Position numbers and translations under genes: made by a program. A DNA stretch of 63,595 nt, counting the filler, from Licmophora abbreviata (Eukaryota): assembly GCA_900291995.1 (NCBI GenBank). It is 12 parts of 12 records of this genome, joined end to end, with 100 filler letters (N's around TTAATTAATTAA, not from the genome) between each part and the next. Parts side by side here need not be neighbours in the genome. Positions count along the whole stretch, not along the records: positions 30,623 to 36,735 come from OLMU01004199.1; positions 36,836 to 41,859 come from OLMU01004200.1; positions 41,960 to 44,372 come from OLMU01004201.1; positions 44,473 to 60,718 come from OLMU01004202.1; 8 more parts are not named here. One strand, 5' to 3'. This document shows, in pieces, positions 35,977 to 44,894 of the stretch; within the stretch, counting starts at the first letter, position 1, and every line of letters begins with the position of its first letter. The notes under the pieces were generated by a model. It did no database searches. It saw only the letters and a program-made list of their open reading frames with translations, and was not told where the DNA came from.

Positions 35977-36476
35977 CTACTCCATAAAGTCATCATCCCC
36001 CTGAATAGCCAAAAACACCGTCAATCCAAGTATACTCAAGACCGTTCCCGCCAAGAGTGCAATGTTGATGGGATCGCCGTCTTGGACTCCCTTAATGACA
36101 CCGTGTCCCTGAATCAGCTCTTGCAAAAAAACAATCGTAAAGCACATCTAAAATTAAGAAGAAGAAACAAAGAGTGTGAAATATACGTCCCTCTACATTA
36201 GCAGCGAAGGAGCGTCGCGAAAGAACGTACCTGCGCAACACGTCCATTCCAGATTTCGGCATTCTTCTTGAGTCCCCACGGACTGCGGCCTTCATTGAAG
36301 TTCCATGGGCGTTCCGATAGCTGTGTCGAAGAGGAAGAGAATGGAGTGCTCCGTGTCGACGTAGCAGCAGCACTGTGACGATGATGACGAGTAGTCAGTG
36401 GAGCAAAAGCATGAATGTTCAAGGTGCACGCCATGAAGACTGACAGCACGAGCAGCAGGAGACAGCGATTCGTCAT
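35977..36476 (-). CDS. Plastid-targeted two-helix LHC-like protein (SEP/HLIP family); intron 36148-36230
   Basis: Bipartite presequence with IHA^FAP; chlorophyll-binding motif AEIWNGRVAQ|MCFTIVFLQELI; second helix IALLAGTVLSILGLTVFLAI; 83-nt GTACGT...TTTAG intron. Confidence 0.88.
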
Positions 36477-36735
36477 GATATTGTGTTAGTACGAAGAGAC
36501 GGCGAAGAGAGTGGCTGGAGCAGTTTACTTTCAAAGACCTTTGTGTGTGATGCAACAGATGATGAGGACGACGACTGTTAGCAGGCAGTCAGCATCATCA
36601 TCTCAGCCGCACCTTTTTTTGCTTGATGATTCGTACGTCATCAGAGCTTTACGAGCTACGTATGATCTCTTTTAGCGCGGTCGAGCTCGTTGTCGAGCTT
36701 TTCCGACAAGAAAAAGACAAAAGACAAACTGCTTC

Positions 36736-36835
36736 NNNNNNNNNNNNNNNNNNNNNNNNNNNNNNNNNNNNNNNNNNNNTTAATTAATTAANNNNNNNNN
36801 NNNNNNNNNNNNNNNNNNNNNNNNNNNNNNNNNNN
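36736..36835. other. Artificial contig spacer (flanking contigs overlap by about 54 nt)
   Basis: Same spacer; GAGCTCGTTG...ACTGCTTC occurs on both sides. Confidence 0.97.
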
Positions 36836-36991
36836 GAGCTCGTTGTCGAGCTTTTCCGACAAGAAAAAGACAAAAGACAAACTGCTTCAAGTTTGCAATT
36901 TTCAATTTTGCCTTTTTCTCTATCATAGTTCATCGCTGCTGCACGACGACTCCACTCCCTTGCCTTTCATTCTCTCTCTCCCCCACCGCCC

Positions 36992-37622
36992 ATGTCATCT
37001 CACAATTTAGCTGCCGCAAAGCGATTGCGCAAAGAGCTCCAAAATCTCGAGCGCCAGTCTCGCAAGACATCGAACAACAAGACTGGCGCCTTTGACGATG
37101 ACATTTACCTTCGACCGACGTCCAGCGACAGTATTCTAAAGTGGACGGCACTGTTGAGAGGTCCTCCAGATACGCCGTATGAGGGAGGAGTCTTTCAATT
37201 GAATATTCAATGTGGTACAGAGTATCCCTTGGCACCGCCGAGTATGAAGTTTGTCACCAAGGTGAGGGGAGCACGTCGGTCTACTGCCGCTAGCTAGTGT
37301 GATGGCATGTGTTGCTAGAATACCTTACCCCTTATTGTTGCTTGCCCCCTCTTCCCTTTCCTCATAGATTTTCCATCCCAACGTTCATTTCCGCACTGGA
37401 GATGTTTGTTTGGACATTTTGAAGAAAGAGTGGTCCCCTGCATGGGGCTTGCAGGCGGCCTGTCGAGCCGTCTTGGCACTGCTGAGCGATGCCGATGCCA
37501 CGTCGCCCTTGAACTGCGATGCCGGCAACATGATGAGACATGGCGACGATGTAGCCTACCGAACCACTGCGCGTATGTATGCCGTGGAACATGGCATGTG
37601 TATCAAGTGGCCGGAAAGTTAG
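36992..37622 (+). CDS. PEX4: Ubiquitin-conjugating enzyme E2, PEX4-like; intron 37262-37367
   Basis: KRLRKEL, GPPDTPYEGG, YPLAPP, TK|IFHPNVH..G.VCLDILK..WSPAW, SPLNCDAGN. The E2 call is firm; the PEX4 subfamily call rests on these motifs. Confidence 0.85.
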
Positions 37623-37907
37623 CAGATAGATAATATACAGTAGGTACGAGCACAGTCTTTGCTAGATAGTGCGTACAGTATCCAGCACCGACACATTGTG
37701 CACACAGGAGCTCAATCGGACACTGCAAAGAGAGGCAGGCATCAGTTTCGCTTTCTGCACGTTTAATAGATATTCAAATTTGATTTATCTGCTTGCCGAA
37801 TAGCAGCAAGCAATGTCGATTGAGACAACGTGGCGTTCGTCAAGTAACATCATGACTACATATCGACCACGAGGGCGCATGTCTTTCGTCACCATTTTCC
37901 ATGCAGG

Positions 37908-39722
37908 CTACGACTTGTTGTTTCGAGACTCTCGGGCGGCGCGTTTTCGCTCGCGAAGGTAAGAAGATAGGCCTTGTTGGTCGTCTTCCACAAGATTTGC
38001 GCTCGGCTTTTTGGGGGGCGTCGAGGATGGGGCCACCTCACCGTCATCGGTACTAGGCGTGGCATTGATCTTTCTTGACAGTTCACGAGCCTCCTCCCGC
38101 AGCTTCAATTTGGATGTCACTTCATCGGGTGGGCCGGTGGGGCCTTCTCGCTCATCAAAAGGTACGTCGCCGAGCGAATCGTTCCGTCCTGGTTGGAACT
38201 GAGCCGCTTGAACCTTGTCACCGGGAGAATTCGTGTCATCGTAGCTTAGAAATAATGCATCGTCCAGCACTACCACAGCAGCATCATCGTCTTCGTCAGA
38301 TTCGGCTCCTCCCAGCAACGTCGTTCCGCCAGCACCCACTTCAGCATAGGAAAATGTCGATTCCTCTCCTGGTGATCGCTCCACAGATGGTTTCCGAGCG
38401 TACCGAGTCGCCCTGTTAATCTCAGGGCTTCGCGACTGTCTTCCCTGGTACAATGCGAGTTTTTGCAAGAGTTCCACCTTTTCGCCGTCCTCTGGTTCGT
38501 GATCAAACTCCGACTCGCCCACCAAAGAGTATGCATCAATGCTCTCATCCGCAACGGACGCATCACCAGAAATAACCTGGACTTTTCCATCGTCGCCGCC
38601 ATATGTGAATTCTACTTCTTCTGGTCGATGATCCATGGTTCCTTTCAACTCTTCCTCTTTCTTTGTTTTCGTATTGCTCGCTCCCACCGTAATTGAGTCA
38701 GCGCCGCTGATCTCCACAATTCCACTCTCCGTTTCATATCCCTGATACTCAGAGGTACGAGGAAGCGGTGGCGGAGGTCTCGATGGGGGCGGCGGTGGGG
38801 ACGACCCTTTGAAGTACCGAAAGCCGACAAAGCCCAGAAGAGCAAGAGCTGCCGCTCCTCCAATCGTCACACCCGCAATCAACCCTGCATTGCTGCCACT
38901 CCCCCCGTCACCACCGCCATCGACCACCACATCTTCCACGACAACATTGCTGCCAATATCGGGATTCAAATCCAGGAAGCTCTGCAACCCTTCTTGATTC
39001 TGCAAAGCGCTCTCTTGCGACTGCTGCACGGTAGCCTCATCCGGCACTGGTTCAGTCGCAAAGCCTGCGTGTCCCGCATAGGTTATACTCGTCAAGGTAC
39101 TGTCCTGCAATTTCCTATTGCCGTTCGCTACCTGCAGATCGACTGCGCTCAACGTGGGAAAGTCGGTTCTCATTTCCATCAACAAGAATGCTTCCGTCGT
39201 CGTTGTCAAGGCAGAGACGTCGTCGACAGATCCAGACAAAATCAATTGAAAGTTTTGCAAATCCACATCGATTCGTCCCGTGGGAGAGGCGGAAGGGGCT
39301 GCGGAAGGGGGTGGGGAAGGCATGGATGTGGTCGGAGTTGAAGTGGGCATGGGTGTCACGGTGGGAAACATGGTCGGGTTGAATGATGGTTCTGTGGTGG
39401 GGGAATTGGTCGAGGGTGTACCCGTGGGAGCCGCCGTTGGGGTGGAGCTAGGGACAAGTGTCGGTGTCCTCGACGGCGAGAAAGAAGGGGGGTATGAAGG
39501 GGTGCTGGTCGGGGCAGGAGTCAAAGGAACGGGAGCTGATGCACTCGGAGAAAACGTAGGTGCCTCAGTTCTGTCTCGCATCAACTGCCGCCGTCGTTCG
39601 CCGTTGGTAGACCGTGACACGTGAGTGGCTCCGCGGAGCTGGGCGCAGTCTGCCTCAGTTTTGTTCACCTGGAAAAGACATACTACCGCCAGAAGATCCA
39701 AGCTCCTTCTCCAAGATTTCAT
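37908..39722 (-). CDS. Type I membrane protein: signal, RRRQL, P/S/T stalk, SEA-like domain with RKL loop, TM, poly-Pro and acidic cytosolic tail
   Basis: TM LIAGVTIGGAAALALLGFVGFRYF followed by PPPPPSRPPPPLPR. Confidence 0.8.
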   Translation of the reverse strand: MKSWRRSLDLLAVVCLFQVNKTEADCAQLRGATHVSRSTNGERRRQLMRDRTEAPTFSPSASAPVPLTPAPTSTPSYPPSFSPSRTPTLVPSSTPTAAPTGTPSTNSPTTEPSFNPTMFPTVTPMPTSTPTTSMPSPPPSAAPSASPTGRIDVDLQNFQLILSGSVDDVSALTTTTEAFLLMEMRTDFPTLSAVDLQVANGNRKLQDSTLTSITYAGHAGFATEPVPDEATVQQSQESALQNQEGLQSFLDLNPDIGSNVVVEDVVVDGGGDGGSGSNAGLIAGVTIGGAAALALLGFVGFRYFKGSSPPPPPSRPPPPLPRTSEYQGYETESGIVEISGADSITVGASNTKTKKEEELKGTMDHRPEEVEFTYGGDDGKVQVISGDASVADESIDAYSLVGESEFDHEPEDGEKVELLQKLALYQGRQSRSPEINRATRYARKPSVERSPGEESTFSYAEVGAGGTTLLGGAESDEDDDAAVVVLDDALFLSYDDTNSPGDKVQAAQFQPGRNDSLGDVPFDEREGPTGPPDEVTSKLKLREEARELSRKINATPSTDDGEVAPSSTPPKKPSANLVEDDQQGLSSYLRERKRAARESRNNKS

Positions 39723-40609
39723 TGTTGACTACTGATTGGAGCCGAAGAGAGTGGTCGTTCGCAAGAAACGACGAGAGGGACAGTGGCGGAGCGGTCGAGT
39801 AGTTTCAAGTTGGTCATGAGCAACAGCGCATTTATCTCATTCCAAGTTTCCAAAATCAAACTCAACGCTTGCGAAAGCCGGCAAGTGGGAATGATATTAC
39901 GACGGACCTTCGGCTCTGAATGCGATTTCAGAAAGCGTGCCAAGCAAGTCGAATGAGTCGAGTCGAAGGATTCGATTTCACGTGGAACAAAATGAAAAGC
40001 TCGGATCACGGAGCAAGTTGTGTGCGGAACGGCAAGTCAACCTTCCTTTCAGAGCAATGGAAGCACAGAAAAGACCAGGAAGGATGACTCCAGGGTGCAG
40101 GGCGGCACAAAAACTGGTGTTGCGACAGACCTCTGCATGCGGGTTAGCAGAGCTTGTCCAACAAATCGAATTAGTCGAATGAGTCGATTGAAACATACTG
40201 GGTACCGGTAGATCTACCGGTATGCTCTTCGCGCCTGGACGATGACAAGGCCTAGGTTCCTACTCCGAGTACATAACTACCAGGTACCAGGTAGACTACC
40301 GGCAGGTCTATGATACGATACCAGGTTCGATGCTTGTCCTTCTACGGTACAGTAGCGATAGAAAGACTATTGACAGCTTCGCGGTGCCGGGATATTTATT
40401 ACAGACTGCCTAGGAGTCGTACCGGTAGCTCTGAGGTACTTGTAGAGCGCTTCACAAACAATTATCCTATGGATCAATAAGTAACAGGACTAGCTAAGGT
40501 TTCGTACTGCAACAATAGAAAGCATTTCTTGAAGCTTTCTCGCAGTGACGAGTATTCTAAAATCATCGCTTCTCACAGCCAATGAATACCACACAGTTGA
40601 CAAGAGAGC

Positions 40610-41644
40610 TTAGTTGCCCTTGCCCTTGCCTTTTCCTCCTTTCTTCATGGCCCCTCCCTTGGAACCACCCTTGCCCTTGCCTCCTTTCTTCATGGCTCCT
40701 CCCTTGGAGCCACCCTTGCCCTTGCCTCCTTTCTTCATGGCTCCTCCCTTGGAACCGCCCTTGCCCTTGCCTCCATCTTTTTTCTCACCCTTCGATCCCA
40801 TCTTTTTGTCGCCTTTGCCTTTAGGCATGGGGTTGGCAGAGGGAAGGAGAACGGCATCGATGACATGAATGACTCCATTGCATGCCTCGATATCGAAGGC
40901 AATAATCTTGGAATCGTTGACCTTCGGGGGGTGCAAGGAAATCTTCACCTTGTCGCCCTGTAGAGTCTTGACCTTCTGTCCATCTTTCAAATCTTCGGCG
41001 AAAACTTCCCCGGCGACCACATGGTAAAGCAGAATGTCTTGGAGATCGCCCTTGTTCTTGGGCTTCAAGAGTGTGTCCAAGACACCAGACGGGAGGTCGC
41101 CGAAGGCCTCGTCGGTAGGGGCGAATACGGTGAAAGGTCCGTCACCCTCAAGAGCGTCCACGAGATCAGCGGCAACGAGGGCCGCGACAAGTGTGTCAAA
41201 GTCGCTATTACTGGAGGCAATCTCGACAATCGACATGCACTTTTCGGGTTTACCGCCCTTGCCACCCTTTCCGCCCTTGTAGGCGCCCTTCGAGCCCTTG
41301 CCACCCTTGGGTCCTCCTTTGGGGCCGCCTCCACCCTTGGAGCCTTTCCCCTTGCCCTTGCCACCCTTGGGTCCTCCTTTGGCGCCGCCTCCACCCTTGG
41401 ATCCTTTCCCTTTGCCCTTGCCACCCTTGGAGCCTCCTTTGGCGCCGCCTCCACCCTTGGAGCCTTTTCCCTTGCCCTTGCCACCCTTGGAGCCTCCTTT
41501 GGCGCCGCCTCCACCCTTGGAGCCTTTTCCTTTTCCTTTGCCCTTGCCCATTTGCATGGCTCTTTCCGAGGTGGTAGCCTCGGTCGTGTGGACGAGCAGC
41601 GCCACGGCGCCGAACAAAGCCGTTAGAATCTGGGAGATCTTCAT
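40610..41644 (-). CDS. Secreted fasciclin (FAS1) domain protein flanked by Lys/Gly-rich repeat blocks
   Basis: Signal peptide; FAS1 motifs [41 protein letters not shown]; blocks [16 protein letters not shown] (x4) and [15 protein letters not shown] (x3). Confidence 0.9.
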   Translation of the reverse strand: MKISQILTALFGAVALLVHTTEATTSERAMQMGKGKGKGKGSKGGGGAKGGSKGGKGKGKGSKGGGGAKGGSKGGKGKGKGSKGGGGAKGGPKGGKGKGKGSKGGGGPKGGPKGGKGSKGAYKGGKGGKGGKPEKCMSIVEIASSNSDFDTLVAALVAADLVDALEGDGPFTVFAPTDEAFGDLPSGVLDTLLKPKNKGDLQDILLYHVVAGEVFAEDLKDGQKVKTLQGDKVKISLHPPKVNDSKIIAFDIEACNGVIHVIDAVLLPSANPMPKGKGDKKMGSKGEKKDGGKGKGGSKGGAMKKGGKGKGGSKGGAMKKGGKGKGGSKGGAMKKGGKGKGKGN

Positions 41645-41859
41645 TTCTCTTTTTAACGCTGGAAACCGTGAAAGAGCAAAGCAGTAAAATGAGTGAACGG
41701 GCGGTGCTGTGGACTGGATCTCTCATCGTCGAGCCTCTCTCTTCATCCTGCACGCACCTTGATGGACAACAGCCTTTGCCGAAAAATGAGTGGGAAAAAG
41801 GATTTTCAAGCCTTGAGGTCGTTACCTAATCTGTATACAAGCTACGTGACTGTTTATCC

Positions 41860-41959
41860 NNNNNNNNNNNNNNNNNNNNNNNNNNNNNNNNNNNNNNNNN
41901 NNNTTAATTAATTAANNNNNNNNNNNNNNNNNNNNNNNNNNNNNNNNNNNNNNNNNNNN
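41860..41959. other. Artificial contig spacer
   Basis: Same 100-nt spacer. Confidence 0.97.
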
Positions 41960-42924
41960 CAAACACCGCGCCATCCACGCCAGGCTAGCAAGCTCCTCGT
42001 CTCTCTTGTGGGGACGCTGATGTCATGTGCGAATTCAGATTTCAAACCGGTCTTGGTGTCGCGCATCCTACGGTAATGTATCATACCGGGTATTCGCTCC
42101 TGGTAGACTAGCCTAGACTAACTGGTACGGTAGGTACCAGCTATGGGGTACTATTGTTGTGTCTTTTTCGAGCGCTGCTTTGGCGTAGCGTCTTGGCGCG
42201 CAAAGCAGTTGTCATGGTCTCTTGTTGGTTGGTGTTGCCGCCCTGCTCGTAGTTTCTGTCTTCTTCCTTCTGGGGATGTCGTGTCGTGTTGTCTTGATTG
42301 GTGGTGTAATTTCTTGAGGTGTCGGGTCTTGGAGGGTGGTACAGTATCTTGTTGGCGTTGTCTCTTGACGTCAACCTGTCTTTCTTCACGTCGTCATCGT
42401 ATTTCAGATCCAGAGTTCGAGAGAGAATATGTTTTTCTAATAGCAAACCTAATACAATAATGCCCAGGAAAGCCCTAGGCAATTATTTTTTACTTTGCGA
42501 TACGCGGTGCCACGTGCTGGTCCCGGCATCATGAGACTGCACCCTGTTATCCCCTTTATTTTCTCACACGCGTGGTCAAATGCGCTTCAGTACCAGGTAT
42601 TGTCGGTAGTACTTGTAGACCAGGTCTTACCTGACGACGTAACTTTGTTCATTGGATATATGTGCGATGTATTCACATACAAGGAGTTTTACAATCGAAA
42701 AGCACACGTAACAGATCCGTTCTTTGTATTATGAACACTAGTTGGCTTCGAAATATCTAACTAGTAAAATGAAAGTTTGTTCACCTCGACAGGAAGCGCC
42801 TTCCAGTGACGATGCTTCCAAGGCAACAGAACAAACCCGCAACATGTATCATTTTCACAGCCACCATGGGATTTTCCTAAACATTCAATATCCGTAGATT
42901 CCTCCACGCTCAAGCTGGTTCTCT

Positions 42925-43821
42925 CTAGTAGTAGCCACCTTTTCCTTTTCCTTTTCCTTTGCCCTTTGAGTCACCTTTGCTCTTCGAGCCACCTTTGCCC
43001 TTCGAGCCACCTTTGCCCTTCGAGCCACCTTTGCCCTTCGAGTCACCCTTGCCCTTCGAGCCACCTTTGCCCTTCGAGTCACCTTTACCCTTAGAATCAC
43101 CTTTGCCCTTCGAGTCACCTTTGCCCTTCGAGCCCTTCGAATCACCTTTGCCCTTAGAGCCACCCTTCTTACCTCCTTTAGAGCCACCCTTGCCCTTCGA
43201 TCCATCCTTCGAGCCACCCTTTGGCATGGGATGAATCGTAGGCGGCATCACGGGATGCGGCGTCGGCGGTGGCACGGGATGTGGCGTAGGCGGCATCACG
43301 GGATGCGGCGTCGGCGGTGGCACGGGATGCGGCGTAGGCGGCGGCACGGGATGCGGCGTAGGCGGCGGCACGGGATGAGGCGTAGGCGGCGGCACGGGAT
43401 GCGGCGTAGGCGGCGGCACGGGATGCGGCGTAGGCGGCATCACAGGATGCGGCGTAGGATGGGGCACGGGTTTAGGTGCTCCCTTACTGGAGCCGCCCTT
43501 GCCTTTTCCGCCCTTGCCCTTGGAACCTCCTTTCTTGCCCTTGCTGGAGCCGCCCTTGCCCTTGGAATCTCCTTTCTTGCCCTTGCTGGAGTCTCCCTTG
43601 CCCTTGCTAGAGCCGCCCTTGCCCTTGCTGGAGTCTCCCTTGCCCTTGGAACCTCCCTTCTTGCCACTACTGGGGCCAGGACCGCCCTTGGAACCTCCCT
43701 TCTTACCGCTGCTGGGGCCAGGGCTGGGGCCAGGGCTTGGGTAGCCGGCAGCGCTAGCCGTGTGTAGGACAACGGCAGCAAGCACGGCCAGGTAGGCCAT
43801 GCTGAAATGCGAGAACTTCAT
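42925..43821 (-). CDS. Secreted silaffin/cingulin-like Lys/Gly/Ser-rich protein with a central (PTPHPVxP)10 repeat
   Basis: Signal peptide MKFSHFSMAYLAVLAAVVLHTASA; KGGSK/KGDSK/SSKGK repeats; ends GGYY. The silaffin link is based on composition only. Confidence 0.8.
   Translation of the reverse strand: MKFSHFSMAYLAVLAAVVLHTASAAGYPSPGPSPGPSSGKKGGSKGGPGPSSGKKGGSKGKGDSSKGKGGSSKGKGDSSKGKKGDSKGKGGSSKGKKGGSKGKGGKGKGGSSKGAPKPVPHPTPHPVMPPTPHPVPPPTPHPVPPPTPHPVPPPTPHPVPPPTPHPVPPPTPHPVMPPTPHPVPPPTPHPVMPPTIHPMPKGGSKDGSKGKGGSKGGKKGGSKGKGDSKGSKGKGDSKGKGDSKGKGDSKGKGGSKGKGDSKGKGGSKGKGGSKGKGGSKSKGDSKGKGKGKGKGGYY
43225..43470 (-). repeat. About 10 copies of a 24-bp coding repeat (PTPHPV[P/M]P)
   Basis: Plus-strand unit GGATGCGGCGTAGGCGGCGGCACG repeated with few substitutions. 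Confidence 0.9.
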
Positions 43822-44372
43822 GATGTCCAGAAGGATCTGGAAGAGTGACGATCACAGAAACAGTGGGTGAGCTTTCACAGTGGTTCGTTTTCACGCAACC
43901 CTTTCTCTTCACCAGAGACCCAAAGCCTCCTCAATTCGTCGTTGATGCTCGTACCTATTCGAACTGTCAAAGTAAGAGGACAACCTGAAAATGTGATGAC
44001 TCTTGGAGGTCTCAGTACAGCATCTATAGGTTCAAAAGGTTCGCAAATTTTTGCGCTTCACTCAAATTGCCATCAAAATTCGGAAATCCTACTCCTCTCT
44101 ACTGAAAACCAAACCCGGATTGGTGAGTATCGCACAAACAAGCTAATTAACTTATACAATATATGATATATCATATATGTTCCTCACGTCTGACATGTTA
44201 TAGGTTGGAAAAATTTGGTCTGAGAGAGTTCCAGCAGATCTGTCGAAATATCGAATTGATGAATTTTAGTATTTGCATTTGCTACTTATATCCGTATTGC
44301 AAGTACGCCGGTGTGGGGCATATCATTGTGTATCATATAGGGTGCACTTCACCCCTGTAGACTGCCTATGCC

Positions 44373-44472
44373 NNNNNNNNNNNNNNNNNNNNNNNNNNNN
44401 NNNNNNNNNNNNNNNNTTAATTAATTAANNNNNNNNNNNNNNNNNNNNNNNNNNNNNNNNNNNNNNNNNNNN
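44373..44472. other. Artificial contig spacer
   Basis: Same 100-nt spacer. Confidence 0.97.
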
Positions 44473-44894
44473 AGTATAGTATGATATGATGCCTTGGGTA
44501 CCGGTTCGGTATGCCGGCTCCCATCGTCTACAATTTTTTTCGCTTCTTCCGAACGAAAACACAGATTGATTCGATTGATTCATTCGAAGATGATGCTGAC
44601 TGTGATGGAGCGAGGTCTATTGAAGAGGAGGCAGGGCGCCGAACTCGAGGTGTTCGCGTCTCTTGTCATTCTCTAATCTACGAGTGGTATTTGTACTTCG
44701 AAGTAGATGATACAGTGAAGTTCACTCTATAGTACAAGCGAAGTAGTCAATGCCGGTGCCAGCGTAGTACCTCTTCTTTCCTCCGTCTCATTGATGATTT
44801 GCAATTAGAGAGAATCAACAAGCTACGATCGCCCGTTCAACGCGATGGTCAAACTTTAGAAAAACATTTAAGCAAGCGAAATAGTTCGCCGAGC

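Noticed and set aside
36682..36889. Direct repeat of about 54 nt flanking a gap, resembling an LTR or target-site duplication
   Set aside because: Unmerged contig overlap. The same pattern at 60692-60845 restores a continuous ORF when collapsed.
40582..41753. Overlapping Pro/Leu-, Arg/Gln- and Cys/Trp-rich repeat ORFs
   Set aside because: Alternative-frame shadows of the Lys/Gly repeats in the FAS1 gene.
43231..43767. Protamine-like Arg-rich ORF (RRRRRHGM)n on the plus strand
   Set aside because: Antisense shadow of the Pro/His repeat in 42925-43821, which has a proper signal peptide.
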